Of a stretch of 64,000 nucleotides of DNA, positions 36,201 to 48,200 are shown piece after piece. The first letter of the stretch is position 1. Every line of letters begins with the position of its first letter. The notes under the pieces are model-generated. The model was not told the origin of the DNA and searched no databases. It saw only the letters and a program-made list of their open reading frames with translations. Source of the stretch: Camelus dromedarius (taxonomy: Eukaryota); contig NC_087437.1 in NCBI RefSeq assembly GCF_036321535.1, positions 34,164,001 through 34,228,000 of the forward strand, read 5' to 3'. A program made the position numbers and the translations under genes.

Positions 36201-39200
36201 CATCATGTTGGTGTCGCAGTCTGTGAAGACATGAAGGTGCGTCAGTGTTCCAGGCATTGTATGGGTTGCACACATTCTCTCTCTCTCTCTCTCACACACA
36301 CGCACAGATTAAACTGTTAGCAAACTAGTACTTACGACCCAAGCAGAGGGAATGTGGAAACTGAATGGAGGTAAGACAGGTAGGGTCACATTTAACATCA
36401 AACAAGGGTCCACCGACAACCCAGGGCTTAACAACCAGGTCCGCATATTTGCTCCAGGACAAGACACAATACTTGATGTCAACTTTTCTGTTAACTTCAA
36501 ATATCAGACCAGTTTCCGTGCACTGGTAAATGCCCTCCGTGTCCACCTTCAGTCTGCATTGGACAGATAAGAGCACCTGTTCAGTCCTGCTGCTTGGGTA
36601 GGAGAGGACTTCTTGCAATTATTTGTTTTTAATTTCATTCAAAAGCACAAAGAGAACTCAGTAACATTTTGAAGCAACATCAGTATCAAAGAAAACAATC
36701 CAAGGAATTACATAAAATGTGTGAAGTTAAGTTATGCTGTTTTGTGCTTCCCCTACTCAGGGTTATTTTTATATAGAAAATTAAAAGGATGAACAATATG
36801 TCGTCTTCTGTATCCACAATGACTTACAAAAACTGTCCCCGGGAAAGGAGCCTGGGGGTCACTGGTTCATTGTGTTTCTGGAGAAAAAGCACATATATGA
36901 TATATAAGTAAATGTTGTTTCCTTAAATCAAGCAAATTAAAGAATCATACTTTATAATTAAAAGAGACTTACATTTTCAGCTTTACAGTGTTCACAGTGA
37001 GATTGGATTTTATTAAATTCTAAATGACAGAGAAAAAGTTTTACTTATAGGAATGTGATTGGCATTTTCAGACAAAAAATGTTTAATAAATATATATGAT
37101 ATGACCAGATTACAAAATTCAAAGGTACAAGCCCCTTAGCAACAATATTTAAAGGAATATATTAAGTTCATACCTGAATTAAAATGATCTGTGGGCAATC
37201 CTTTATCCTCCCATTCTTCAACTGTGAAAGATACAATCATTCATGAATTGGCATAAGTTAATCACAGGGTAAATCACCTAAGCCCCCACCTCCAGCTTCA
37301 CAGCCAACAGGAACTTTATTTAAACATCTCCATCACTGGACTTAGAGACACATGACCCGTTATCACATTTGTGAGTCCTGTTGTAGGGCTGGGTGGGGCA
37401 TGAAAACAAGCTTAAGTTTCCACGCAGCTCATTTTGGCACATAGGTCTTTAGCTGATCTTTTTATGTAGAAGCAACTGCTGTCTCACCATCCTTCAGCCT
37501 GATCCTCACATCCTCCTCCCACACCACAGGCACAGGGAGAACAGGATGGATCCGAGAAAACAAGATGGCAAGGGCACTGCCTCGCTCTTACCCTGAGTGG
37601 ACGCCTCCTCGGTGGAAGACTCTCCTAGCTCCCCATCTGTGAAGACAAGAAGGGCTCAGGTGGTCATAAACAACCTCTTCACTGGTTACTCCCCACCTAG
37701 GCCAGCGTTCCATCTGGACAGCTGCAGCCCCCAAGGAGGAGCCCTTCGTGGCGGCCCGGAGTTGGGACACCTAAGCTGGAGTCATTATCCCCAAGACAGT
37801 GATTGATCAGCATCAGCCCCCCCCAGGTGACTTTCAAGTTAGAGATTAGCTTGGACTTAAGAGAGTAATTAACATCTGGTTTTGGGCACATTTAAACCAG
37901 AACTATCTCTGACTTAACATGTAGACTCCTTCCGCTGGCTCCTCATTACTGCACTTACAACCCTCCAGTCACTCTGAGCCATTCTCCACATGCTCCTGCC
38001 TCAGGGCCTTTGCACTGTCTCCTCAAACAAATACTCACAACAAATATTCACGTTGCTCACTCCCTCACATCCTTGCAGTCTCTGCTCAAAGCTCACCTTA
38101 TCAGAGAGGATTACCTGACAGCAGGGCCTGCCTGACACATTCTCTTCCCCTTTCATTTCCTTCAGGGCACTCCCCACCACCTCACACACTATTTGGCTGA
38201 GTCTTTCTGATTCCTGTTTCTCTCCCCATTAGAATGTAAGCTTCATGAGGACTATAACCCCAGGGCCTGGTCAGTGTTCATTTTCTGAATGACTAGAATT
38301 CTACAAAATGAATTATGAACGAGAACAGCAATGAATTTTCCTATTACCTGCCTTGGCCACTAGCTCATGAGCTTGGGCTCTCTAGTTATGTACTAAATCT
38401 CTCTGTCCATTACTCTCCTCATCTATTAAATGGAGATTAGCATAATACCACCCCTAGAAAGATAGAAAATTAAATTACAGGCAAGGATTGTGCCTGGCAC
38501 TCAGCAAGCACTCAGTGAGTACTAGCGAACTGTTATGAACTATTATTTTGCTAGGGCGATGGTGGGACTCATTAAAAAATTCAGGAATTCTAAAGTAAAC
38601 AATAACCCTTCACATGGGGTAAAACCTAATGTGTTAAGTGTTTGGTTTTATATGTTAAAGATCTGAACAGCCTTTGGGAGGGTCAGCCTGTTGTTGAGAC
38701 AGGCATCTTCAACACATGTAGAAGGTCCTAGGCCACCAACACCACCCAGAAGGTGCAGGCTCTCCCCCAGGATGGTGCTCCAGCCCCGGCTACACAAGCT
38801 GCCTGCTGTTAGGGCATTATACAGGGACCAGGGGTTGCAAGAGAGAACCAGCTTTTAAAAAAACAGCATTAAGATGAAATGGCAAGTAGAGACTAAAAGT
38901 ATTCAGAATTCTGGACTCAGAATACTATAAAGCCGAAGGTTCTGAAATACTGACCCAAGTCCTACACCACAAAATCCTTCAATCATATTTCCTCAGCCGC
39001 TGTCCTAAAAAGCACTGTAAAATTCTAGATTATTTAATGGCTGTCATCCACATTGCACTGCATCCACATCCCATGTTTCTATGTCTTGCCCTTTGCCTTG
39101 GGAACAGAGAAAGGGAAAGAGGTTAGAGAATCCTAACCGCCCAGCAGACAGAGTCTACGGGTCTTCCCAGCAGAGGGACCGATACAGTTCTCTCCAACAC

Positions 39201-42200
39201 ATAAACCACAGCTTCTCTTTAGTCCGTACAAGAGAGGTGACCCCAAGCCCATGCCTATGAGTAGAAGGCATATCCAATCATGAGCACGACGGGTGGGCCT
39301 GCATCACCAGCCAGCCTAGAGAAGCAAGCGAGCTAGGGTGGTCTGCCTGGCCCTTCTATCAGACCTGCAGATGGAAGTGAATGGGGAGTGCCTCTTTGAT
39401 CTCACCCACAACACAGAGGGTAAAATGTCTTTTAACAAAGAGAATAAACCTGGGGGAAGGCAGGGCCCCTTGGATGCCCTGGGCTCCAAGGACAAGCATG
39501 CTCAGCCTACTCACTGTCGCTGCCAGAGAACATCCAGGTGCCTAATTCGGCTGAGGGCCAGGCCCAGCAAGTCCCTGCCCTGCACATGCCCTGTCTCACC
39601 ACACTGACCCCAGCCTCCCACCAATGCTGAGCCTGTCCTGAGCCTCACTGACTCAGAATGCCTTCCACCTGGGTGCTACCCTGGCGAGGACCTGGAAGCC
39701 CAGGCCTGGCTTCCAGGACCCTGAGGGCCCTGCCTCTGGACTCTGTGTCCCTATGGCCATTTACTCAGTTGTTAACCAGGAACAGCAAAGACTGGATCCC
39801 AATACACAGCTTTCTGATTTAATTTCTATCCCAATCTAATCCACAGAGGCTGGACTCCTGATCACATTTTGCAAGATGAACTAATCCTTAATGTACAAAG
39901 CGGACTGGGAGGAGGGCTGGTGTACATTTTTCCCTTATGGCTATCAGAATGTGACATCTACTCCACGAGTGTGATACAGAAATAATTATAGGTTCTTATC
40001 AATACATAACATGATTGCAAGGAGCTTACAATTACCTTCCCGGGTTCCCCACTGGGAAACTGCAGAGAATTAAATTAAATACAAGACTTCTCAGTGAAGA
40101 GACTTCATTTATTTTAAAATATTACAAAGGCACCCTCTGACTGCCTTGCTATAGTATTTGTGTTCGTGGGCAGATCATATTCTAAGAACTGGGTGGGGGG
40201 CAGGGGTGGAATCCTACAGTAAAATAAACTCAGTTAAAATATAAGCTTAGTCACTCACTTTTTTTTAAGTTTTTCACAAAACTTTAGACCCGAATCAAAT
40301 TTATATTTAGGATCCATGTCTCTGTGGTGGCTTCATACTCAAGTGGTTCACAAACAGACAGGACAGCAAGGCAGAAACTTTAAACCACAAATGGTAAAAC
40401 ACTTTCAGCAGCAAACTGTTCACCCTGTGATGAACTGTGAGCGGCGACCACTACGGAAGGAAGCCGAGGCTGTGGCTGTGGCGACATTGCAGATTTCGGC
40501 CATCTCTCAATCTCTTCTCCTCTGGGAATCCTCAGAGCAGAACAGCTCATGCAGAACCTTGGCATCAGTGCAGATCAAGAACACGCCCCTTTTATCCCAA
40601 GTGTACTGAACTCAAATTTTCAAAATGCTTATTTGTTTCCTAAAGCTTAACTCAATTTTCCATGAAAAAAAAGATCATGAAACAAGCAACTTGCAACTTA
40701 AAAATCTCAAAGGCTACCCTTCTTTCTTCCTTTCGACAACACAAAAGATGACAGAGGAAGGAAGGATACACTCACTTGTTTGTTTTGGTTTTGGCTCCTC
40801 ATTATCTACAAAAAAAAAAAAAAGGTCTAAATCAGATTCATGTGACAACTAAGAGAAAACACAGGCTAATGGGAGAGCAGGTAAAATGTTTGTTCCTCAC
40901 CAATAGCAACCATTTCCTGTCTTTCTCCTTCAGCTCATCCTGTTTTGCCACTTTGCTTGCCAACCAGAAATTATTTACCATGTACGTACTTTTTCAGTAT
41001 TCCACACAAAAGACTCTGGCAATTAACGTGTCCTCAAGCAATATAACCGATGTGGCCATTACTTTAAAATAAAAATAAAGGTTTCTATGTTTACCTAGGA
41101 TTCTGTAATTAAAGAAACACACACATAGATAACTCACCTGATTCGCTTTCAGAGCTGCTCTCAGAACTGCTGTCCTCGCCTAAAAAAGAGCATATGCCGG
41201 GAGAAGCACACAATGAAAAGGAAGTGGGAACTATTTTCTTAAATTATACACATAATAAAACAGATCCAAACTCAACTAACTTCTTCTTATAATCCGTTCT
41301 CATTGAGTCCAAATCTAGTCTGGTTTACATAGAGGGCTTATCCTTCTTTGGAACTGAACAAAACATCATTTAATTGTTTAAATAAGAGCTCAAATCACAC
41401 TCTGGCTGCAATAATCATTTTATTTGGGTGTCACCCAAGTCCCACCAGGCCTGACCTGCCCCCTGCTGCTCCCATCTTGCCCTGCACTTGTGCATCTAGG
41501 AGATTCCATGCACAAATTCAATCGTACAACAGGGCAGAATTCTGCAGTGTAACTGCCATTTCCCAAAGCAGAGGACAGTCTATATTGTTCAACTGCTTCT
41601 GGAAAGAGTGGTCCCCAGGAATGCTCCCTGCCCTCCCACACCCCGACATCAGCACCTTCACCCACTGCAATCAGGCTTCTGTTCCCACAGAATTTGGAAT
41701 CCTTTCTTTCATGGCCCCAAAGACCCGCTAACCCCGAGTCCCATGACTCCCCCAGGGAAAGACACGGACCATCCCCTCCTGCCGGTGCCCTCCCCTGGTG
41801 TCTGTCCTGGTTCTCCTCCTGCCTCTCCAAGTGCCCTCCACGGGCCTTCCGCTCCTCTCCATCCCCGCACCCCCAACTACGAACACCTTGAGAGCCCTGG
41901 GGGGGCACGTCGACTTCCACCTCCAGGGCCGCCCTGGACCTGCCCTGGCCGACCAGAGACGCGCCCAGGTAGTCCACCCGGCCAAGTTCACCCTCCACCC
42001 CGCGCCGCCACTGCTCCCCCAGCTTCACCGCACCCAGGCCCGGGGTTCCCTGAGTAAACACACAGAAAGCTATTGGTATTATCCTAACAGCATCCCTCCC
42101 TACACACAACTGCTGACGACCAAAACCAAGGACGTGCAATTCTTCCATGGAGGAATGAAAGGATTTGAGAATAAAAATGAGAACAGTAATATAGCAGCTA

Positions 42201-45200
42201 ATAGCAGTTTTCTCTGAGTGTTCACTGTGCCAGGCGCTGCACACATACTTACTCATTTACACGTATTCACTCATTTACATTTATTTACTCATTTTACATA
42301 TATATATACACACTTCACATATATTTATGTAAGAGCTTTACATACATTTACACACTAGCCCTCATGACTTCCCAGTGAGGTAAGCTGAGGTCAGTGAATT
42401 TACTTAAGCAAGACCACCAGCACCCTACTACCCGCTGCCCAGGAAGTCTGGGGCTAAGATTTCCACTTGGGCAGGCTGGCCCGAATTTGCACGCTTAACC
42501 GTGTTGTTACATTTGCAAACATGCTTCTTGTGACTTCAGCAATTCCAGGCCCAGGAGCTGGTGACTGTCTGGATGTGGAGGGAGAGGGGGAGCAGGAGGC
42601 AGGTTCCTGCATGAGAAGTGCCTGGGTGGAGGGCGAGGCCATGCTTCTGTAGGAACAGGTGCTGGGAAATAAAGGCAATAAGACATGGACTTGGTCCTGC
42701 AGGGCTGGAAGCAGAGAGCAGTGTTCTCAACCTTGGCTGCACACCAATATCACCTAGGGAGCTTCCTAAACACACCCCTGCCTGGGACTCGGCCCTTCCT
42801 TGGAAGTTTTGATTTAACTGATCTCGGGTGGGACCTGAACAGCAGTATATTCTTAAAGGTCCCCAGATGACGGAAAAGCACAGCCAGGGTTGAGAACCCC
42901 TGGACTAGAATCATCCCACTCCTTCCTCCATGCCTTTACAGATGCCATCCCATTGCCTGGAAATCCTTCCCCCGGACTCCACCTCCAGAGCTCCTAGGTA
43001 TCCAGTAAGAGCCAGCCCAAAAGTCACTCCTGTTGACAATCTCCCTCTGCCCCACCGAGTCAGGCTAGCTGTGCCTCCTTTGTGTTCCATCCTGCCCCAT
43101 TCACCCCTCCACCAAACAGCTTGTTTAGCTGCTGGTCTGTGAGCCCGGGAGGACTGTCTCATCACCTGACCCTCCGCCACCAGTCCCAACACAGATGCTC
43201 AATGAATGAATGAAAGTGTGAATGAATGAATGCTTTGCCCAGCTTTAAAGAACCATGCAGCCCCTACCAAGGCCCCTCTTTATCCTGTCGGTTCCCTCTG
43301 GCAGTCTGGGACCTCTGCAGGGCTGTAATTCTGCCTGGACCAGCCCCAGGTGAGGCCCACCCTCTGCCTCAGGTCCCTGGGAGATGGAGCCTGGCTGGGG
43401 CAACCCCTTCAAGTCACCTTCCCTCTGGTTGTGTGGAGATATGTTTCCACTTCTTTGAGGTATATAAGAGGAGAGGAAATGCTGGGTCAAATGGTAACTA
43501 TGTGTAGCCACTTGAGGACTGGCAAACTGTGTCGCCAGGGGGCTATGCCAGTCTACATTCTCATCAGCAGTGAATGAGGGCTCTAACTTCTCCACATCCT
43601 TGTCAGCACTTGTTGTCACCTCCTTTTTTCATTACAGCCATCCTAGAGGGTGTGAAGTAGTAACTTGCTGTGGTTTTGGTTTGCATTTCCTTGAAATATA
43701 CGGAGCATCTTTCATGTGTTTTTTGGCCATTTGTACATCTTCTCTGGAGAATCCGTTTTTTAACCCTATATCATCTAGCCCCCGCCTGTCCCTGCAGACG
43801 CACTCTGGCCCCGTGACCCTTCCCCTCACTCCCGCACCCCAGCCATCTGCCCTTCAGTCTCTGCGAACAAGCACTTACACTCTCCCTCACTCAGCCCTTT
43901 ACACCTGTGAGTCTTCTGAACTGAGACGACTCTTCTCCTCGCCTTTGCCCTGTGACCCCAGTTCATCTTTCAGAGTTCAATCCAGCCATCATCTCCTCAG
44001 AGAAGCCTCCTGGGACTACCCCAGCCAAAGATAAATTCTCAGTTTCACTAAGTACCACGCTTATCATCAAACTTTTTAAAGTCACTGATTTCACTAAGCT
44101 AGGTAATCATGAAAGCTTAAAATTTATTCAGCCCTTTCAAATAGAAAGATGAAAGTCCCTACCTTTCACTCAGATTGTTTGAAGTAAAACAGTACTAAAT
44201 AAATAAATAAATTGTAATTTACCTTGCTATGAATTGGTTATTTTGTAAAAATTTCATTTGGGCATTTATCAATATTAATCATATCCCTTACCTGATTTAG
44301 AGTCCTCTGAAGTATCTAGGTTGGGGCTAGGGCAATCTAAATTTTGAGAAAGAAATAAAGTTTAATAGGATAAACACAAGGATAAAATAGAAGATTATGC
44401 TCATTTTTGTAAAAGCTAAGTCCCAAATAACAGAAGCCCTTTGTGCCATTCAACGACCACGTTAGACCCAAAGCAGTCTTGCATGTCAAACTGACGCCCC
44501 GTGAGCAATGGGAAACAACGCCATAGTCTCAGGGGAGACAAGATTTAGACAAAGAAACCTTAAGCCTTTTCCAATAGAAGGCAAACAGAAAAGCCAACAA
44601 ACTTTTCATTACATTTCGTTGGGTCCCTGGCAGTCTCTATTTTGTACCAAAGGAGTGGCATTGTTTCTTTGTTTGACCAACTCAGCAGCTCCCTAAAAAC
44701 ATCCCTGGCAATTAAGTAACTTGACACCAGAAAGGGGAAAAAAAAAAACAAAAACAAACCTGGTTTTAGATTTTGTAACTGAAAGGCAGACAGTGGTATT
44801 ACTACACCAAAGAATCCATGTCCTCCCCAATCAACAGTCAATTCAGGAAAACAACTGTCAACAATTTAGTGAAATGACCCAAATGAGTTGACAGTAAGGA
44901 CATGAAGTTGGCCAGATAAGTTGGGATCAGACCAGGGAGGACCTTGAATGCAATTAGGAAGAGCTGGACTGGGGGGATGGTTCTCCTACAGGCAATGACA
45001 TGGAGACACAGAATTACATGAGCGCTTCAAGCTGGAGTGGGCCTTGGTGTTCCCCAAGATGTTGGTGGACACTGGGGGTTACTGATGATCAGAATGCACA
45101 AGACTTCAGGGAGCCTGGCATTAAGAGGCCACTGCAGAGATCCAGGTATGAAGTGGTGAGAGTCCAGGCCAGTGTGGGTGCCGGGGAAATGGAGACATTA

Positions 45201-48200
45201 GAGATAAAGGAGAAGAAGGGGTAACTCGCAGAGGTTACCAACAGTGTTAAATAGAGCAAGGGCATTCCTGTGCAGGGATGGACTGCTCCTCAGTTACCAT
45301 ACCCCTTGTCTGTTATTTATGTTCTGCTCAAGTAGACTGCTCTAGACCTGGACCTAGCACTCTTCCACTTGTTTGTTTGGAACATCCATCAACCCCCACT
45401 GGGCTTGTGAACAACAGAGGCTTAGTTACTGGTTGACTGATTCCCCCAGGGCACAGTCAGAGACTACTGTCCCTTCAATTTAATGAACATTGACTTAGTG
45501 TCCACTGTGTGGTGGGCATTCTGTAGAAATTCGGAGAAAATCCACACCCCAGCAAAGAGTCTATGGGTTAATGAGATTGTGAGGACAAGGAGTAGCCATG
45601 CATTAGATAGAGAAAGAAATCAAGACAATACAAAATGAAGTGAGGCTGATATTTTGCTGGTCCAAGAGAGAAGCTGAGACCACTCACTGAATGTGAGGGA
45701 TTCAGCACTAGTCTTTGAATCTGGTTGATCTGAAACACACTTGGAAGTTAAATGTTGGGAAGGGAGAGGCATCTCAGCCAGACAGAAACAGGCAAAAGCA
45801 AAGAGAGGGATGGGGGAGGTTTAGGTCAGCATCGTGAAGCAGAAAGCCCGCCAGATCCAACCCCATTCGTGACAGATTCACGTCATCCCCTTACACCACA
45901 CGTTCCAGACACACTTTACAAAAACTTTTAAATTTTCATCATAATACTTTTCTTAGGCAGGTTGTCATTATTCTGCTCTGGAAAAATGAACCACAGGAGG
46001 GATATGAAACTTGCAAAAGTAAGACAGTGGCCCAGAGACGAGCTGAGGAGTTTCTAAGCCACTCTGCAGCCAAGTGACACAGGTCAATGCCCAAAGTGAC
46101 CTCAGAACCACCCCCCAGTAAGACACTGGGCTAGCTGTGCATGCAGTGCAGGATAAAGAGAACAAGCCAGAGCAAGAAATCCATCTCTACACACGGTTAC
46201 AGACTTACCACACTCAAGCATTAAAGAAAAGACCTAGTCACTGTGCATGGAACGTTGATTGAATTCAGGTGACAATGCTTCTCTAATCTTACTTTACTGA
46301 ATTTAAAATAAAGTTAAAAAGAACATTAGAACTAGAGTTTAAAAGGAGAGAGATGTAAGAGCATTTATTTTCTATTCTTGTAAAAAACTACAAAGGCCCC
46401 ACCCAATTCTTTACATTTCACTTTGAATACCTCTTGAAAAGATAATCTTAGAGAAAATTCTGAAAAGTTGCCATTATTCCATCATCATAACCTATTGATT
46501 ATTTCAACTCATTTCTATAAGTCGGTGAATGCCTGAATGCAATAAAGCAATTGCAGCCAACATATAAAATGAATAAAGAAATCATTTTCTAAAGACACAA
46601 ATGTTTCTCGCAGTACAGGTTAAGGTTTTGGATGACTCAGCACTGACTTGGAGTACCATACCTTTTTCTTCTGAAGAGGCACTGTGATCATCACTAGAAC
46701 AAGAACAGAAAAACAGTTTTATAAATGGATACTAATTTTATACAAAATAATTATGAAAGTCTTCAAAATGATCATACTATGTTTCTCCAGAAATGTTGCC
46801 CGTTAAACAACGCTCTCCCTCCTCAATCCTCCGCCTGCCCCTCATCTCCACCTGCCGCCTGATTCCAAACCACCCGGATAGATGGAACTTACCAAGCGTG
46901 CACTTGAACCCCTTCTTGTCCCGTCACACCCCCGGAAACGCCAGCACACACTTTCACGATGTGGCACCTCCGTGCCCCGCCACGCGGCCTGGCTCTGCCG
47001 CGCCTTCTGCAATCCATCGTCGTCGCCCACTCGGCGCGGGCCTCCAGCCCCTCCCTCCAGCCGGCTCCCTCTGTGCATCCTCCTCCGGCTCCCAGGTCTT
47101 CTCACCCGGCCCCTCCGGCCCCTGCGGCCCCTCCCCCAGATCCAGCGCGCCTGAGAAAGGAAGGGCTCCCACAGTTCCCGTTCAATTCAATGGGCGGTCC
47201 TCCCCTCGCCTACGGAACGTTCCATCCTCACGACCGACCACCTAGCCTCCTTTCGCCCTCCTCATGCTGGTCTCACAGGAGGGCCTACAGTCGCGGCTTC
47301 CCACTCCCCAGCCTCTCCCAGACCCTAAGCCACCTGGCTTCTGCTCTCTCACGTTACCAAAACCACTGAGCGAGAGCCATCCAGGACTGCTGCCCGACAG
47401 ACCCATCGGGCCCTCTCCGTCCTTAGTGGCCGCTATCTCTTTAGATGAAGCAGGTGACAGGCTCCCCCATGGCTTCCAGTCCCTCTCACCTGGTCTGCTC
47501 CCCCCTCACCCCCTCCCCTGTCTCCATAGCCTCTCCCCTCTCCACGTGCCCCATTGGCCTCAGCCTCCCAGCAATGGATGTGTCCCAGAACCACTTCACT
47601 GCACCCTCCTCAGGATGCCCCAGTGCTTGCTTTTCATGTCAAGGCTTCAAGTCCTAAATCTTTACCCCCTTCCCAGGCCTCTTCCCTGAGTCCCAGGTGC
47701 CCAAGGCCTGGGGGCACGGTGGGGAGAGGGGGTCATGTCAACACTTTAAATGAAATACTATCAGCACTTAACTAATCACTGCCCTCCCTTTCCATGCAAA
47801 CCTGCTCCTCCTGACCTGCCTTTGCAGAGAATCACAACACCAGGTCACCAGACTAGAACCTCCAAGTCATCACTAGGTCCTGCTTCCTCTTTCCCAGCCA
47901 GCAATCGTGTCCTCCTAAGCCTTCTCCTACACATTTCTCAAACCTGTCCCCTCCTCCAAGTCCACTATTTCTGCTTCAGTTCAAGCTCTCTCTGCCTCTC
48001 ATCTGGCTGGCTGATTATATTCTCCTAATCACCATCTTACTCTTGGTTTATCGGTTCATCCCTCATGTGACCTTGATTTGCATGAGCTGGTCATGTCTTT
48101 GCAGAGACCCCTTTGTGGCTTCTCACCACTTCCTGGCTGAAGCCTAAATTCCCTGGCTTGGCACCCAACGACCTCCACCTGGCTCCCTTGTTTCCCACTC

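Noticed and set aside
36554..36618. ORF-track N-terminal extension MQEVLSYPSSRTEQVLLSVQC of the ZU5 exon
   Set aside because: It lies upstream of the acceptor at 36554 and is intronic read-through. Exon 10 supplies the matching phase.
41420..42256. 278-aa minus-strand ORF
   Set aside because: No recognisable domain, spans GC-rich repeat-like sequence, and has no splice sites compatible with the gene model.
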